A DNA stretch of 54,737 nucleotides, the filler included, from Nitrospinae bacterium RIFCSPLOWO2_12_FULL_45_22 (GTDB lineage Bacteria > 2-12-FULL-45-22): assembly GCA_001803565.1 (NCBI GenBank). It is 4 parts of 4 records of this genome, joined end to end, with 100 filler letters (N's around TTAATTAATTAA, not from the genome) between each part and the next. Parts side by side here need not be neighbours in the genome. Positions count along the whole stretch, not along the records: positions 15,208 to 26,100 come from MHDQ01000317.1; positions 26,201 to 42,379 come from MHDQ01000318.1; 2 more parts are not named here. One strand, written 5' to 3'. The notes beneath the pieces were generated by a model, which was not told the DNA's origin, did not search any database, and was given only the letters and a program-made list of their open reading frames with translations. Shown here in pieces: positions 17,715 through 26,201 of this stretch; the stretch's first letter is position 1; every line of letters starts with the position of its first letter. Position numbers and translations under genes: made by a program.

Positions 17715-20240
17715 ATGATAGAGTTAACTATTGATGGACAAAGGGTCAAGGTGGCGGAGGGGAGCACGGTTCTCGAGGCATCAAGAAAAGCCAATATTTA
17801 CCTGCCTACCCTCTGCTACCATCCCTCTTTGACCCCCTGGGGTGGGTGTAGGTTATGTGTAGTGGAGATAGAGGGGATGAAGGGCTATCCCACTGCCTGT
17901 ACAACACCCGTCACTAATGGGATGAAGGTTAATACCCGGACAGAAGAGGTGCAAGAGTTGAGGAGACAGGTCTTAGAGCTCATCCTCTCTGAACATCCCT
18001 GTGTGTGTTTGATATGTGAGAGGGGAGAAGAGTGTGAGAAGTACCAGGACTGTATCAGGAAGAGTTCTCTTGTTACGGGGTGTAAATTCTGCCCCAAAGA
18101 TAAAAGATGTGAGCTTCAGGATATGTGTAAGTATTTGGGCCTTCGAGAAATATCTTTCCCCACCCGTTACCGGGGGTTGCCGGTTGAGCGCAATGATCCA
18201 TTCTATGATAGGGATTATAACCTATGTATTCTCTGTGGTAGATGCGTGAGAGTATGTAATGAAGTAAGGGGGGACCATGTTCTCTCTACTATCTATCGGG
18301 GGAGTGAGTCTATGGTTTCACCGGCATTCCATCGCTCCCATATGGAATCTTACTGTGAGTTCTGCGGTGCCTGTGTAGATATATGCCCTACAGGTGCCCT
18401 TTCAGAAAGGGCGAGGAAATGGGAGGGTGTAGCTGATGACTTAAAGGCTACTATTTGTCCCCTATGCAGTATAGGGTGTCAGATAAATCTGGAAATAAAG
18501 GGAGAAAGGGTAATAGGGGTTATACCGGACCCCCTGGGCGATATAAATAAGGGTCAAGCCTGTGTGAAGGGTAAATTTGCGCCCGGTATTATTATTTCCC
18601 ATAAAGATAGGATACAGGTGCCGTTTATCAGGAAAAGCGGGAAGCTCAAGGAAGTGAAATGGGATGAGGCCATTGATTTTGTAGCAAATGAATTAAGACG
18701 GTACAAAGGACGAAAGTTTGCCCTTGTCTCATCCCCCTATTGTACTGATGAGGAGCATTATATATTCCAGAAATTTACGGAAAGAGCAATGGATTCCTTC
18801 AGCTTCTCCCCCATGGGGGTTCATCAGGATATACGGTACCTGGGCAATAAAATCCCGAGAAGGGGCTCTATTACCGATATTCCCGCTTCTAAGTCGCTCC
18901 TTATATGCGCAGATGTAACTACTTCCCATCCGGTCCTGGGGGTGTGGATAAAAAAGGCCATGGATAAAGGGGCAAAGGTAGTGCTTATCCATCCCAAAAA
19001 AGTGCCCCTTTCCCGTTGGGCAGATGTCTTTATCCAGACTCATCCCTCAACCGAGTTTTTCATTTTACTCCATATAATGAAGTCCATATTAGATGATGAA
19101 AATCTAATCCCCCCTAATCTCCCTTTAACAAAGGCGGGAAAGGGGGCTTTGAAAAGGAGATTTTCCGAAGAAAATCAAGGGGAGCTTGCTAAAATTAAAG
19201 GTTCTTTAAAAGGTTCTTTAAAGGGATTAGACTTTAACTCGCTAGGGTTCGATCCTGATGCCTTAGAAGAGGCTGCCCGCTCCCTTGTCCTGGGAAGACC
19301 AACGGCCATTTTATATAGCGATGCCTTATTCCAGCAACCCAGGGGGGAAGAAGTCCTCTATGCTATAAACAACCTCTCTCTTCTCCTGGGCTCGGAGGTG
19401 GTATTACCCCTCTTTGCTGAAGGGAATGTTGCGGGCTGCCTCTTTAACAGCAACAAGGGTGAGAAAGGGTTCTTGTCTTATACCCAGATCATGGAGGGGA
19501 TTCAGGGGGGAGAGATCGAGGCCCTTTACAGTATTGGCGGTATTACCGGGCACGACAGACCTCCCCTGAAATTTCTCATCCTCCAGGACCCTTATTATTC
19601 CGAGCAGATGGACTTTGCGGATGCAGTGTTACCAGCGTGCACCTTTACAGAAAAGGATGGTACCTTGACGAATCTTGAAGGGAAAGCTCAGAGGATAAAT
19701 AGGGCCATTGAACCTCTAGGCAGAGCAAAACCTGATTGGTGGATAATTTGCGAGATAGCAAAGAGGCTTGGGGCAAGGGGTTTTGCATTCAATAGCATAG
19801 AAGAGATCCAGGAGGAGATGGCGCTTTCGAGTATTCACCAGGATCAGGGAGAGAGGAAATTTATAAACATTAATACTGAACCACTATGCTATAAGATAGG
19901 AAATCCCCCGGATTATCCCCTCACACTGATGATAGAATCTGATTCCTATCACTATCGCTCTTTTTCTCTTCGCCACAGGATTAAGGGATACAGAGTATTA
20001 AGGGACCCAGGGGTTATAGAAATGAACCCCCAGGATATGATGTCCAGAGATATTACTGACGGAGAAGAGGTAGATGTGATTTCCCCGCATGGCAGAATCA
20101 AGGCAAGGGCCATGGCCACCGAAAAAATCAAGGCTGGCACAACCTCCATGGTCTTTCATCTTTCTCATAATTCGCCGGTCTTACTAGTGCGGCCTTATGA
20201 GCAGAAGCTCTGCGCAGTGAGGGTTGAGAAACATGTATAA
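17715..20240 (+). CDS. NuoG/FdhA/SfrA-like Fe-S protein with degenerate molybdopterin-oxidoreductase domain
   Basis: PTLCY, CRLCVVE, CILCGRCVRVC, CPLCSIGC, EKDGT; ATG at 17715 (upstream part of the ORF track call is a repeat). Confidence 0.85.
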   Translation: MIELTIDGQRVKVAEGSTVLEASRKANIYLPTLCYHPSLTPWGGCRLCVVEIEGMKGYPTACTTPVTNGMKVNTRTEEVQELRRQVLELILSEHPCVCLICERGEECEKYQDCIRKSSLVTGCKFCPKDKRCELQDMCKYLGLREISFPTRYRGLPVERNDPFYDRDYNLCILCGRCVRVCNEVRGDHVLSTIYRGSESMVSPAFHRSHMESYCEFCGACVDICPTGALSERARKWEGVADDLKATICPLCSIGCQINLEIKGERVIGVIPDPLGDINKGQACVKGKFAPGIIISHKDRIQVPFIRKSGKLKEVKWDEAIDFVANELRRYKGRKFALVSSPYCTDEEHYIFQKFTERAMDSFSFSPMGVHQDIRYLGNKIPRRGSITDIPASKSLLICADVTTSHPVLGVWIKKAMDKGAKVVLIHPKKVPLSRWADVFIQTHPSTEFFILLHIMKSILDDENLIPPNLPLTKAGKGALKRRFSEENQGELAKIKGSLKGSLKGLDFNSLGFDPDALEEAARSLVLGRPTAILYSDALFQQPRGEEVLYAINNLSLLLGSEVVLPLFAEGNVAGCLFNSNKGEKGFLSYTQIMEGIQGGEIEALYSIGGITGHDRPPLKFLILQDPYYSEQMDFADAVLPACTFTEKDGTLTNLEGKAQRINRAIEPLGRAKPDWWIICEIAKRLGARGFAFNSIEEIQEEMALSSIHQDQGERKFININTEPLCYKIGNPPDYPLTLMIESDSYHYRSFSLRHRIKGYRVLRDPGVIEMNPQDMMSRDITDGEEVDVISPHGRIKARAMATEKIKAGTTSMVFHLSHNSPVLLVRPYEQKLCAVRVEKHV

Positions 20241-21063
20241 GGTGCTCTGCCGGGAAATGGTGGTTCCTAATATCCATATAATGAAGATCCATGCGCCGCA
20301 TGTAGCTAGAAGCTCCAGGCCAGGCCAGTTTGTTATCCTCATGCCTGACGAAAGAGGGGAGAGGGTACCATTAAATATCGCCGACTGGGACAAGGAAGAA
20401 GGGAGTATTACGGTGGTCTTTATGGAGGTAGGAACTTCTACCCGAAAATTAGCCTATACTAATCCTAATGGTTATATACCGACATGCGTGGGTCCATTGG
20501 GAATCCCCTCCTCAATAGATAGATTCGGGAGCGTTGTTTGCGCCGGTGGGTGTTATGGTATCGGGGCGCTGTTTCCCGTCGCGAGGGCCTTAAGAGAAGC
20601 AGGAAATAGGGTGATCGCTATCCTTGAGGCAAAGAGCAGTTATCTATTATACTGGGAAAATAGGTTTAAATCCGTATGCGATGAATTGATCCTTACTACA
20701 GAGGATGCCACCCTGGGTGAGAAAGGCCATGCCCCCAGGATACTGGAGAAAATATTGAAGGAGTATGAGGTGGATAGGGTCTTTGCCTACGGCTGCACCT
20801 TCATGATGATGTCATGCTCTGAGGCGACCAGACCCTTTGGGGTAAAGACCAGGGTAAGTTTAAACCCTATTATGGTAGATGGGACAGGGATGTGTGGGGT
20901 GTGCCGGGTCCCGGTAGGTGGGAAGGTACGCTTTGCCTGTGTTGATGGCCCAGAATTTGATGGCCATGAGGTGGATTGGGAAGTGCTCCTGTCCCGTAGA
21001 CACTCATATATAGAGGAAGAAGTCCATTCCCTCAAGTGTTACGAAACAGATCAGTTCTCTTAA
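20233..21063 (+). CDS. NfnA/SudB-like FAD/2Fe-2S subunit
   Basis: PGQFVIL, GERVPL, MVDGTGMCGVCRV, FACVDGPEFDG. Confidence 0.9.
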   Translation: MYKVLCREMVVPNIHIMKIHAPHVARSSRPGQFVILMPDERGERVPLNIADWDKEEGSITVVFMEVGTSTRKLAYTNPNGYIPTCVGPLGIPSSIDRFGSVVCAGGCYGIGALFPVARALREAGNRVIAILEAKSSYLLYWENRFKSVCDELILTTEDATLGEKGHAPRILEKILKEYEVDRVFAYGCTFMMMSCSEATRPFGVKTRVSLNPIMVDGTGMCGVCRVPVGGKVRFACVDGPEFDGHEVDWEVLLSRRHSYIEEEVHSLKCYETDQFS

Positions 21064-21131
21064 AAAGGGTAACTATAATTCTAATGGCAACCGTGATGTG
21101 GAGACTGGATAGCTACAAAAAGGGGTAGGCT

Positions 21132-22526
21132 ATGGCAATAGATATGGATAGGGCAGAAATGCCAAAGCAACCTCCTGAAGACAGGATACATAACTTCAGC
21201 GAGGTAGCCCTGGGTTATAATATAGAGCTGGCTATTAAAGAGGCCCGGAGGTGTCTCCAGTGCAGTGAGCCCTTCTGTGTTGCCGGTTGCCCGGTAGAGA
21301 TTGATATTCCAGGATTTATCAAGGCCATTGCAGAAGAGGATTTCAGGCGAAGTATTAAGATACTGAAAGATAAAACCATCCTCCCGGCCATATGCGGCAG
21401 GGTATGTCCCCAGGAAGACCAGTGTGAGAAGTCCTGTATACTCAGTAAGAAGAAGGCCCCTATCGCTATTGGGAGGCTGGAACGGTTTGCGGCAGACCAG
21501 GAAGCCCTGGAAGGAACCTGGGCCCTTCCATCTATAGCAGACCCTACCGGTAAAAAAGTAGCCGTGGTAGGTTCTGGCCCTGCAGGGCTTACGATTGCAG
21601 GGGACTTGATAAAAAAAGGCCATAAAATAACTATTTTTGAGGCCCTGCATGAGCCCGGTGGGGTACTGGCATACGGTATTCCCGAGTTCAGGCTGCCCAA
21701 GGCCATAGTGAGGAGAGAGGTAGAATTCTTAAAAAACCTTGGAGTGGGGTTGATCTTTGATTTTGTTGTCGGAAGAACCCTGACGATAGATGAACTCCTG
21801 GAGGAGTTCCAGGCTGTATTCCTCGGCACCGGGGCAGGGCTGCCCTGGTTTATGGAGATACCTGGTGAAAATGCTAATGGCATATATTCCGCCAATGAGT
21901 ACCTCACCAGGTCAAACCTCATGAAGGCCTATATATTCCCTGAATACGATACTCCTATTAAGAGAGGAAAGAGGGTGGTCGTTATAGGGGGCGGCAATGT
22001 GGCAATGGACTCTGCCAGGACGGCTTTGAGGCTTGGCGCGGAAGAAGTGAGGATAATATATAGGAGGTCCCGTACCGAAATGCCTGCCAGACAGGAAGAG
22101 ATAGAGAATGCAGAAGAGGAAGGGATCATCTTTGAATTTCTCACCCTCCCGGTGAGATTTATCCCGGATGATTCGGGATGGGTAAGAGAGATGGAATGCC
22201 TCAGGATGCAATTAGGAGAACCCGATGCCTCAGGGCGAAGGAGGCCGGTGCCAGTTAAGGGCTCAGAATTCCGAACACCAGTAGATATCGTTGTAGTAGC
22301 CATTGGCCAGAGCCCAAATCCCCTCATACCTTCTACTACTTCGGGTATTGAGGTTGGGAAATGGGGGAATATTGTTGTGGAGCCGGCTACAGGTAGGACG
22401 AGCAAAAGGGGTGTATTTGCCGGTGGTGATGTGGTCAGAGGGGGTGCAACGGTAATACTGGCTATGGGTGATGCCAGGGTGGCCGCAAGGGCCATTGATG
22501 AATATTTAAAATCCAATAACGGGTAA
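21132..22526 (+). CDS. NfnB/SudA-like (GltD-family) NADPH-binding flavo-Fe-S subunit
   Basis: RCLQC, CGRVCPQE, GSGPAG, GGGNVAMD, GATVILAM. Confidence 0.92.
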   Translation: MAIDMDRAEMPKQPPEDRIHNFSEVALGYNIELAIKEARRCLQCSEPFCVAGCPVEIDIPGFIKAIAEEDFRRSIKILKDKTILPAICGRVCPQEDQCEKSCILSKKKAPIAIGRLERFAADQEALEGTWALPSIADPTGKKVAVVGSGPAGLTIAGDLIKKGHKITIFEALHEPGGVLAYGIPEFRLPKAIVRREVEFLKNLGVGLIFDFVVGRTLTIDELLEEFQAVFLGTGAGLPWFMEIPGENANGIYSANEYLTRSNLMKAYIFPEYDTPIKRGKRVVVIGGGNVAMDSARTALRLGAEEVRIIYRRSRTEMPARQEEIENAEEEGIIFEFLTLPVRFIPDDSGWVREMECLRMQLGEPDASGRRRPVPVKGSEFRTPVDIVVVAIGQSPNPLIPSTTSGIEVGKWGNIVVEPATGRTSKRGVFAGGDVVRGGATVILAMGDARVAARAIDEYLKSNNG

Positions 22527-22539
22527 GAAGGAGGAAGTT

Positions 22540-22815
22540 ATGAAATGGAACTATGGTTATACTGATGGACGGGGAGAGTTTTATTTAACGGTTGATACAG
22601 ACAAATGTACTGGGTGTGGGGATTGTGTGGAGGCATGCCCTCAAGGGATTCTAGAGGTTGCCCTGAACGATTTTGACCAGGAGGTAGTCCAGGTAAAAGA
22701 AACACTGCGTAAGCAATTGAGCTATAAATGCCTGGGTTACTATGCCGTCTGCAGCAAACAGGAAAAGAATTGCCATAGCGTTTGCCCTACAGACGTAATA
22801 ACCCATACCTGGTAA
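22540..22815 (+). CDS. 4Fe-4S ferredoxin
   Basis: CTGCGDCVEACP; NYGYTDG N-terminus; GGAGG RBS. Confidence 0.85.
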   Translation: MKWNYGYTDGRGEFYLTVDTDKCTGCGDCVEACPQGILEVALNDFDQEVVQVKETLRKQLSYKCLGYYAVCSKQEKNCHSVCPTDVITHTW

Positions 22816-22874
22816 ATAAGCGGTCAGTATTATAGATGCCTTTTAAAAATGGGCCGGTCGGCTTGATCCCATTG

Positions 22875-23048
22875 TTAGCCCGCTCTTTGTGTGCAAGTGT
22901 CAGGCTGTTGTAAGACCTTGACCTCGTGCTTGATACGCTCGCTTAGTTCTCGATCTGCTACTTCAAGGTCATAGCGTACCTGTAACCGCAACCAAACCGC
23001 CGCACTTGTACCAAAATATCGCGCCAGTCTCATCGCCGTATCTACGGT
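22875..23048 (-). pseudogene. HigA-family antitoxin, C-terminal fragment
   Basis: Manual translation TVDTAMRLARYFGTSAAVWLRLQVRYDL...*; no N-terminus. Confidence 0.8.
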
Positions 23049-23112
23049 AAAGGTTCTTCAAACTATCTTGCAATCAGGCACCTCCCGGAAGTCTGCTCCC
23101 CAGTTTGTTCGG

Positions 23113-23331
23113 CTAATTTCTTTCTTTTTCCGTTTTCGATTTTTCCCTAAATTGCATAGCTGCGGCACTTAGCTCTGCAACTGGCTTATCAACCCAAAGA
23201 GTCCTTTGCCACTTGGTATAATCAAATGGTTCTCTCATTACTAACGAAATGAATCTCTCAGCCTCGACTTTACCTAATGTATTAATAAGAGCTTCGAGTC
23301 CTTTAATTTTTATTTCTGTATCAGTAATCAT
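23113..23331 (-). CDS. Small putative antitoxin partner of PIN protein
   Basis: 72 aa, LGKVEAERFI..DYTKW; overlaps PIN stop. Confidence 0.7.
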   Translation of the reverse strand: MITDTEIKIKGLEALINTLGKVEAERFISLVMREPFDYTKWQRTLWVDKPVAELSAAAMQFREKSKTEKERN

Positions 23332-23762
23332 CCAGTTTCCTCCTTTATAAAAGAGATAGGATCAGTCACCTTGATTTCCTTAATGCCAGTTGCCCTTTTG
23401 ATCAAATCGTCATCAGTTGTTAAAAAGTATTCGCATCGCATAGAGATAGCACAAGCCAAATGGAGTGAATCTTTGCTTTTGATCTCCATTTGATGAAACC
23501 TTTCAGCCCATTCAACGATCTCCTTTGTCTCATCTGTATCAACTGAAGCGTGGTTCTTCCAGCCACGGATTGCAATCCTTCTATGATCAAATGGGTTCGC
23601 TTCATTCTCAAAATCCAGGATGTAAGACCATGTGAGTTCAATCTCTTTTTGGAAAATCCTTTCCTGGATATCCAACTTTGCTTCAGTTTCAAGTTTAATT
23701 CGAAGTTGCTTTTGATCGTCAAAGGGACGATTAAAACAACAATTATCAAGATATATTCTCAC
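23328..23762 (-). CDS. PIN-domain (VapC-like) protein
   Basis: IYLDNCCFNRPFDDQ, DSLHLACA, FLTTD. Confidence 0.88.
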   Translation of the reverse strand: MRIYLDNCCFNRPFDDQKQLRIKLETEAKLDIQERIFQKEIELTWSYILDFENEANPFDHRRIAIRGWKNHASVDTDETKEIVEWAERFHQMEIKSKDSLHLACAISMRCEYFLTTDDDLIKRATGIKEIKVTDPISFIKEETG

Positions 23763-23831
23763 TTATTATAACCTCAATATTCCCGATTTTTACAGAATCT
23801 TCTGGAATTATAAAAGAAATACCTGACCACG

Positions 23832-24354
23832 TCAAGGATCTAAAGGACTCTTTATGCTTATCCCCGGCTGATTTAACACATGGGTGTAAACCATGGTAGT
23901 TGAGACATCGCTATGGCCCAGCAGCTCCTGCACTGTCCTTATGTCGTAATTTGCCTCCAGTAGATGAGTGGCGGAATAAGCTTTACCATCAATTGATAAT
24001 CACCCGACATAGCACCAATTACTCTCATGGTCTCCTCTTTGGTCATCACTGTCGGTAAACGCTTTGGCTTTTTGGCCCTGATGGCATCAATGGAACCATC
24101 CAGGTCCTTTTGGAGAACCTCCTTATAGAGGAACAATAAGGCATTGAAGGCCTGGTTTTGAGTTGCGGCTAATACTTTCATATCCACAGCCAAATAGGAA
24201 AGAAATGCCTCGATCTCCTTATTTCCCATATCTTCTGGAGGCCGTTCATTATGGAAAAGGAGGTATCTCTTGATCCAACCCAGATAACTTTTTTCTGTCC
24301 GTATGGAGTAATGCTTTAACCGGATAAGATCTCTGGCCCGCTCGAAAAGCCCAT
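23832..24354 (-). pseudogene. intI: Integron integrase pseudogene (internal deletion and frameshifts)
   Basis: HYSIRTE..Y..WI, ATQNQAFNALLFLY, LPTV; in another frame [30 protein letters not shown]...SPLD*. Confidence 0.88.
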
Positions 24355-24426
24355 CGTTCCTCTTGTCAGTCCAGGTATTTTGCCCACCCAGCTCTTCTCT
24401 CTTTGTCTCTGTAGTAAACGATTACC

Positions 24427-25053
24427 TCATTTTGGCGCCAGGAAATAGGGGAAGATTTCTTTAAGCCGGACTTCTATTTCTCTGGCTTGCTGGCTAAAGG
24501 TTTGGAGATCAGGGGCCTTAGCCCCTATACCGAACAATCCCGGGCTGCCTAATGTCCTGGGCAAATATTTAAAGTAGTCCGTGATCTCCCGATGAAAATT
24601 CCTTCCTGTCTGCGCATCATATTGTCGTACTGTAGGGGCTAATATTTCCTGATAATATAGCTCCGCCGAATAAAGCCGGGCCTTGTCTGGTATATACCGG
24701 GTTAATCTCTCTTGCTGGTTCCAGTAGAATTTTTGGATCAGAGCCAGGTATACCAGGTTGAGCAGGCCCTTACCAAGTTGAGCCAGGTCTTGGGTGGCAA
24801 CAACTTCCTGGAGTAATGGCCCTATCTCTACCTTAATATCCCCCCGGAGTTCCTCTATCTGCCAGGATAGGCTCTTAATATCTTTTCCTACTTTATCCCA
24901 TTGCTTCTGTTTGGCATGGAGGATAGCCAGCTTGACCCCTTTAAGCAAGGGGTCTTCCTCCCGGGTATAGCCATAGCCCAGGAGAAAAAAGGCCAGAGAA
25001 ATGATCATAAAGGATACCAAGAACCTATTATTCTGTAGGGAATTTAATTCCAT
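24427..25053 (-). CDS. Hypothetical membrane-anchored/exported protein
   Basis: 208-aa ORF with hydrophobic N-terminus. Confidence 0.7.
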   Translation of the reverse strand: MELNSLQNNRFLVSFMIISLAFFLLGYGYTREEDPLLKGVKLAILHAKQKQWDKVGKDIKSLSWQIEELRGDIKVEIGPLLQEVVATQDLAQLGKGLLNLVYLALIQKFYWNQQERLTRYIPDKARLYSAELYYQEILAPTVRQYDAQTGRNFHREITDYFKYLPRTLGSPGLFGIGAKAPDLQTFSQQAREIEVRLKEIFPYFLAPK

Positions 25054-25179
25054 AGGATCATATTAACTCTCTTCATCCTTACTATCAACCGAAAATAAGC
25101 AGAGTGTGGTTATGAGGTAGGGTTAGCGTTGGCTTCTGGATTAAGGGAGAAAAGGAGGATAGGAACCTTTAGGCGGTTC

Positions 25180-25371
25180 AATTGATTATAAAATGGACAT
25201 GTTATGTTGAGCTCAACATAAGACATGGTTATTCATTAGGCAGTATAACCAGATCTTTAAATTATATTTCTGGCTATATTCTTTTAGCCATGACTCATAT
25301 TGAATAAAGTCCACTTCTTCCTTGAAGATGGTTTGCTTGTAGTTACCTCTTTGAATTACGTGATACGGATA
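25180..25371 (-). pseudogene. RAYT/IS200-like Y1 (HUH) transposase fragment
   Basis: Manual translation YPYHVIQRGNYKQTIF...YCLMNNHV|HFII, interrupted at the HUH motif. Confidence 0.8.
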
Positions 25372-25372
25372 C

Positions 25373-25465
25373 CTTTACATCTGCCTGCTTTTGCGGATTT
25401 TGCAGGTAATCTTCGTCTTTGGTGATGGCAAGGATGCGGTCAACGATGGGGATGAAAGCGTCGGC
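25373..25465 (-). pseudogene. Second, partial copy of the type IIG R-M C-terminal segment
   Basis: FIPIVDRILAITKDEDYLQNPQKQADVK, similar to KDEDYLENPAKQAQVK at 26052-26099. Confidence 0.75.
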
Positions 25466-25467
25466 AG

Positions 25468-25692
25468 TTAAGCAACCTGGAGTTTCTTTTCCATTAATTT
25501 GAGGATGTCCTTAAACATACAAGATGCTTTAAACAGCTCAACGCCAATAAGATTGCCTTTACTGTCAAGTTCCATATTTACGCCAGGGGATACCTCCACA
25601 ACCTCTGCTTCTACTTCCTCTTTGGCAAGATAGAGAATGTCCTCTTCTTCATCATAAAAGACCTTAAAATCGCCCATTATATTTTCCTCCAC
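25468..25692 (-). CDS. DUF2283-family putative antitoxin
   Basis: YDEEEDILYL...LDSKGNLIGVE. Confidence 0.8.
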   Translation of the reverse strand: MEENIMGDFKVFYDEEEDILYLAKEEVEAEVVEVSPGVNMELDSKGNLIGVELFKASCMFKDILKLMEKKLQVA

Positions 25693-25958
25693 CTTCCTGA
25701 TTGAATTCTGTTTTCTTTTTGCCCTTTCTTCAAAGGATGGATGGTTAACAGCTTAACTCCCGCATCCTCATGCTTATATGCTACCATTATATATCTTTCT
25801 TTGCCATATATTACTGCATTCATAACTGCTATTGTATGACCTGTTTCGGTATCTATGAAGCGCTCCTCTGCATTCTTGTAGATTTCCTTTGGCAGGTCGT
25901 ATTCAATCCTCCTCAGAGCAATTCTTGTTTCAATGTGCCTTGAATATTTAATCTGCAT
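25677..25958 (-). CDS. DUF4258/BrnT-like putative RNase toxin
   Basis: YSRH...R...R.I, LLTIHP, RWRK; upstream of DUF2283. Confidence 0.65.
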   Translation of the reverse strand: MQIKYSRHIETRIALRRIEYDLPKEIYKNAEERFIDTETGHTIAVMNAVIYGKERYIMVAYKHEDAGVKLLTIHPLKKGQKENRIQSGRWRKI

Positions 25959-25964
25959 GGCTAT

Positions 25965-26099
25965 TCACCCCTTTCCCTCCACAATCCGTATCTCCTCCTC
26001 CGTCAAACTGTAGAGCTGGTACACCATCTGGTCAATCTCCCGCTCCAGCGCCTTCACCTGCGCCTGCTTGGCAGGGTTCTCTAAATAATCCTCGTCTTT
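25965..26099 (-). CDS. C-terminus of Eco57I/TaqI-like type IIG R-M enzyme (cut by contig edge)
   Basis: LEREIDQMVYQLYSLTEEEIRIVEGKG* terminal motif. Confidence 0.75.
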   Translation of the reverse strand, partial: KDEDYLENPAKQAQVKALEREIDQMVYQLYSLTEEEIRIVEGKG

Positions 26100-26100
26100 G

Positions 26101-26200
26101 NNNNNNNNNNNNNNNNNNNNNNNNNNNNNNNNNNNNNNNNNNNNTTAATTAATTAANNNNNNNNNNNNNNNNNNNNNNNNNNNNNNNNNNNNNNNNNNNN
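26101..26200. other. Artificial contig linker
   Basis: N-run with TTAATTAATTAA. Confidence 0.98.
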
Positions 26201-26201
26201 C

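Noticed and set aside
17715-20240. Selenocysteine formate dehydrogenase
   Set aside because: No in-frame TGA and no C/U-H ligand motif seen.
21132-22526. Glutamate synthase small subunit gltD
   Set aside because: No gltB adjacent; pairing with an NfnA/SudB-like gene favours NfnB/SudA.
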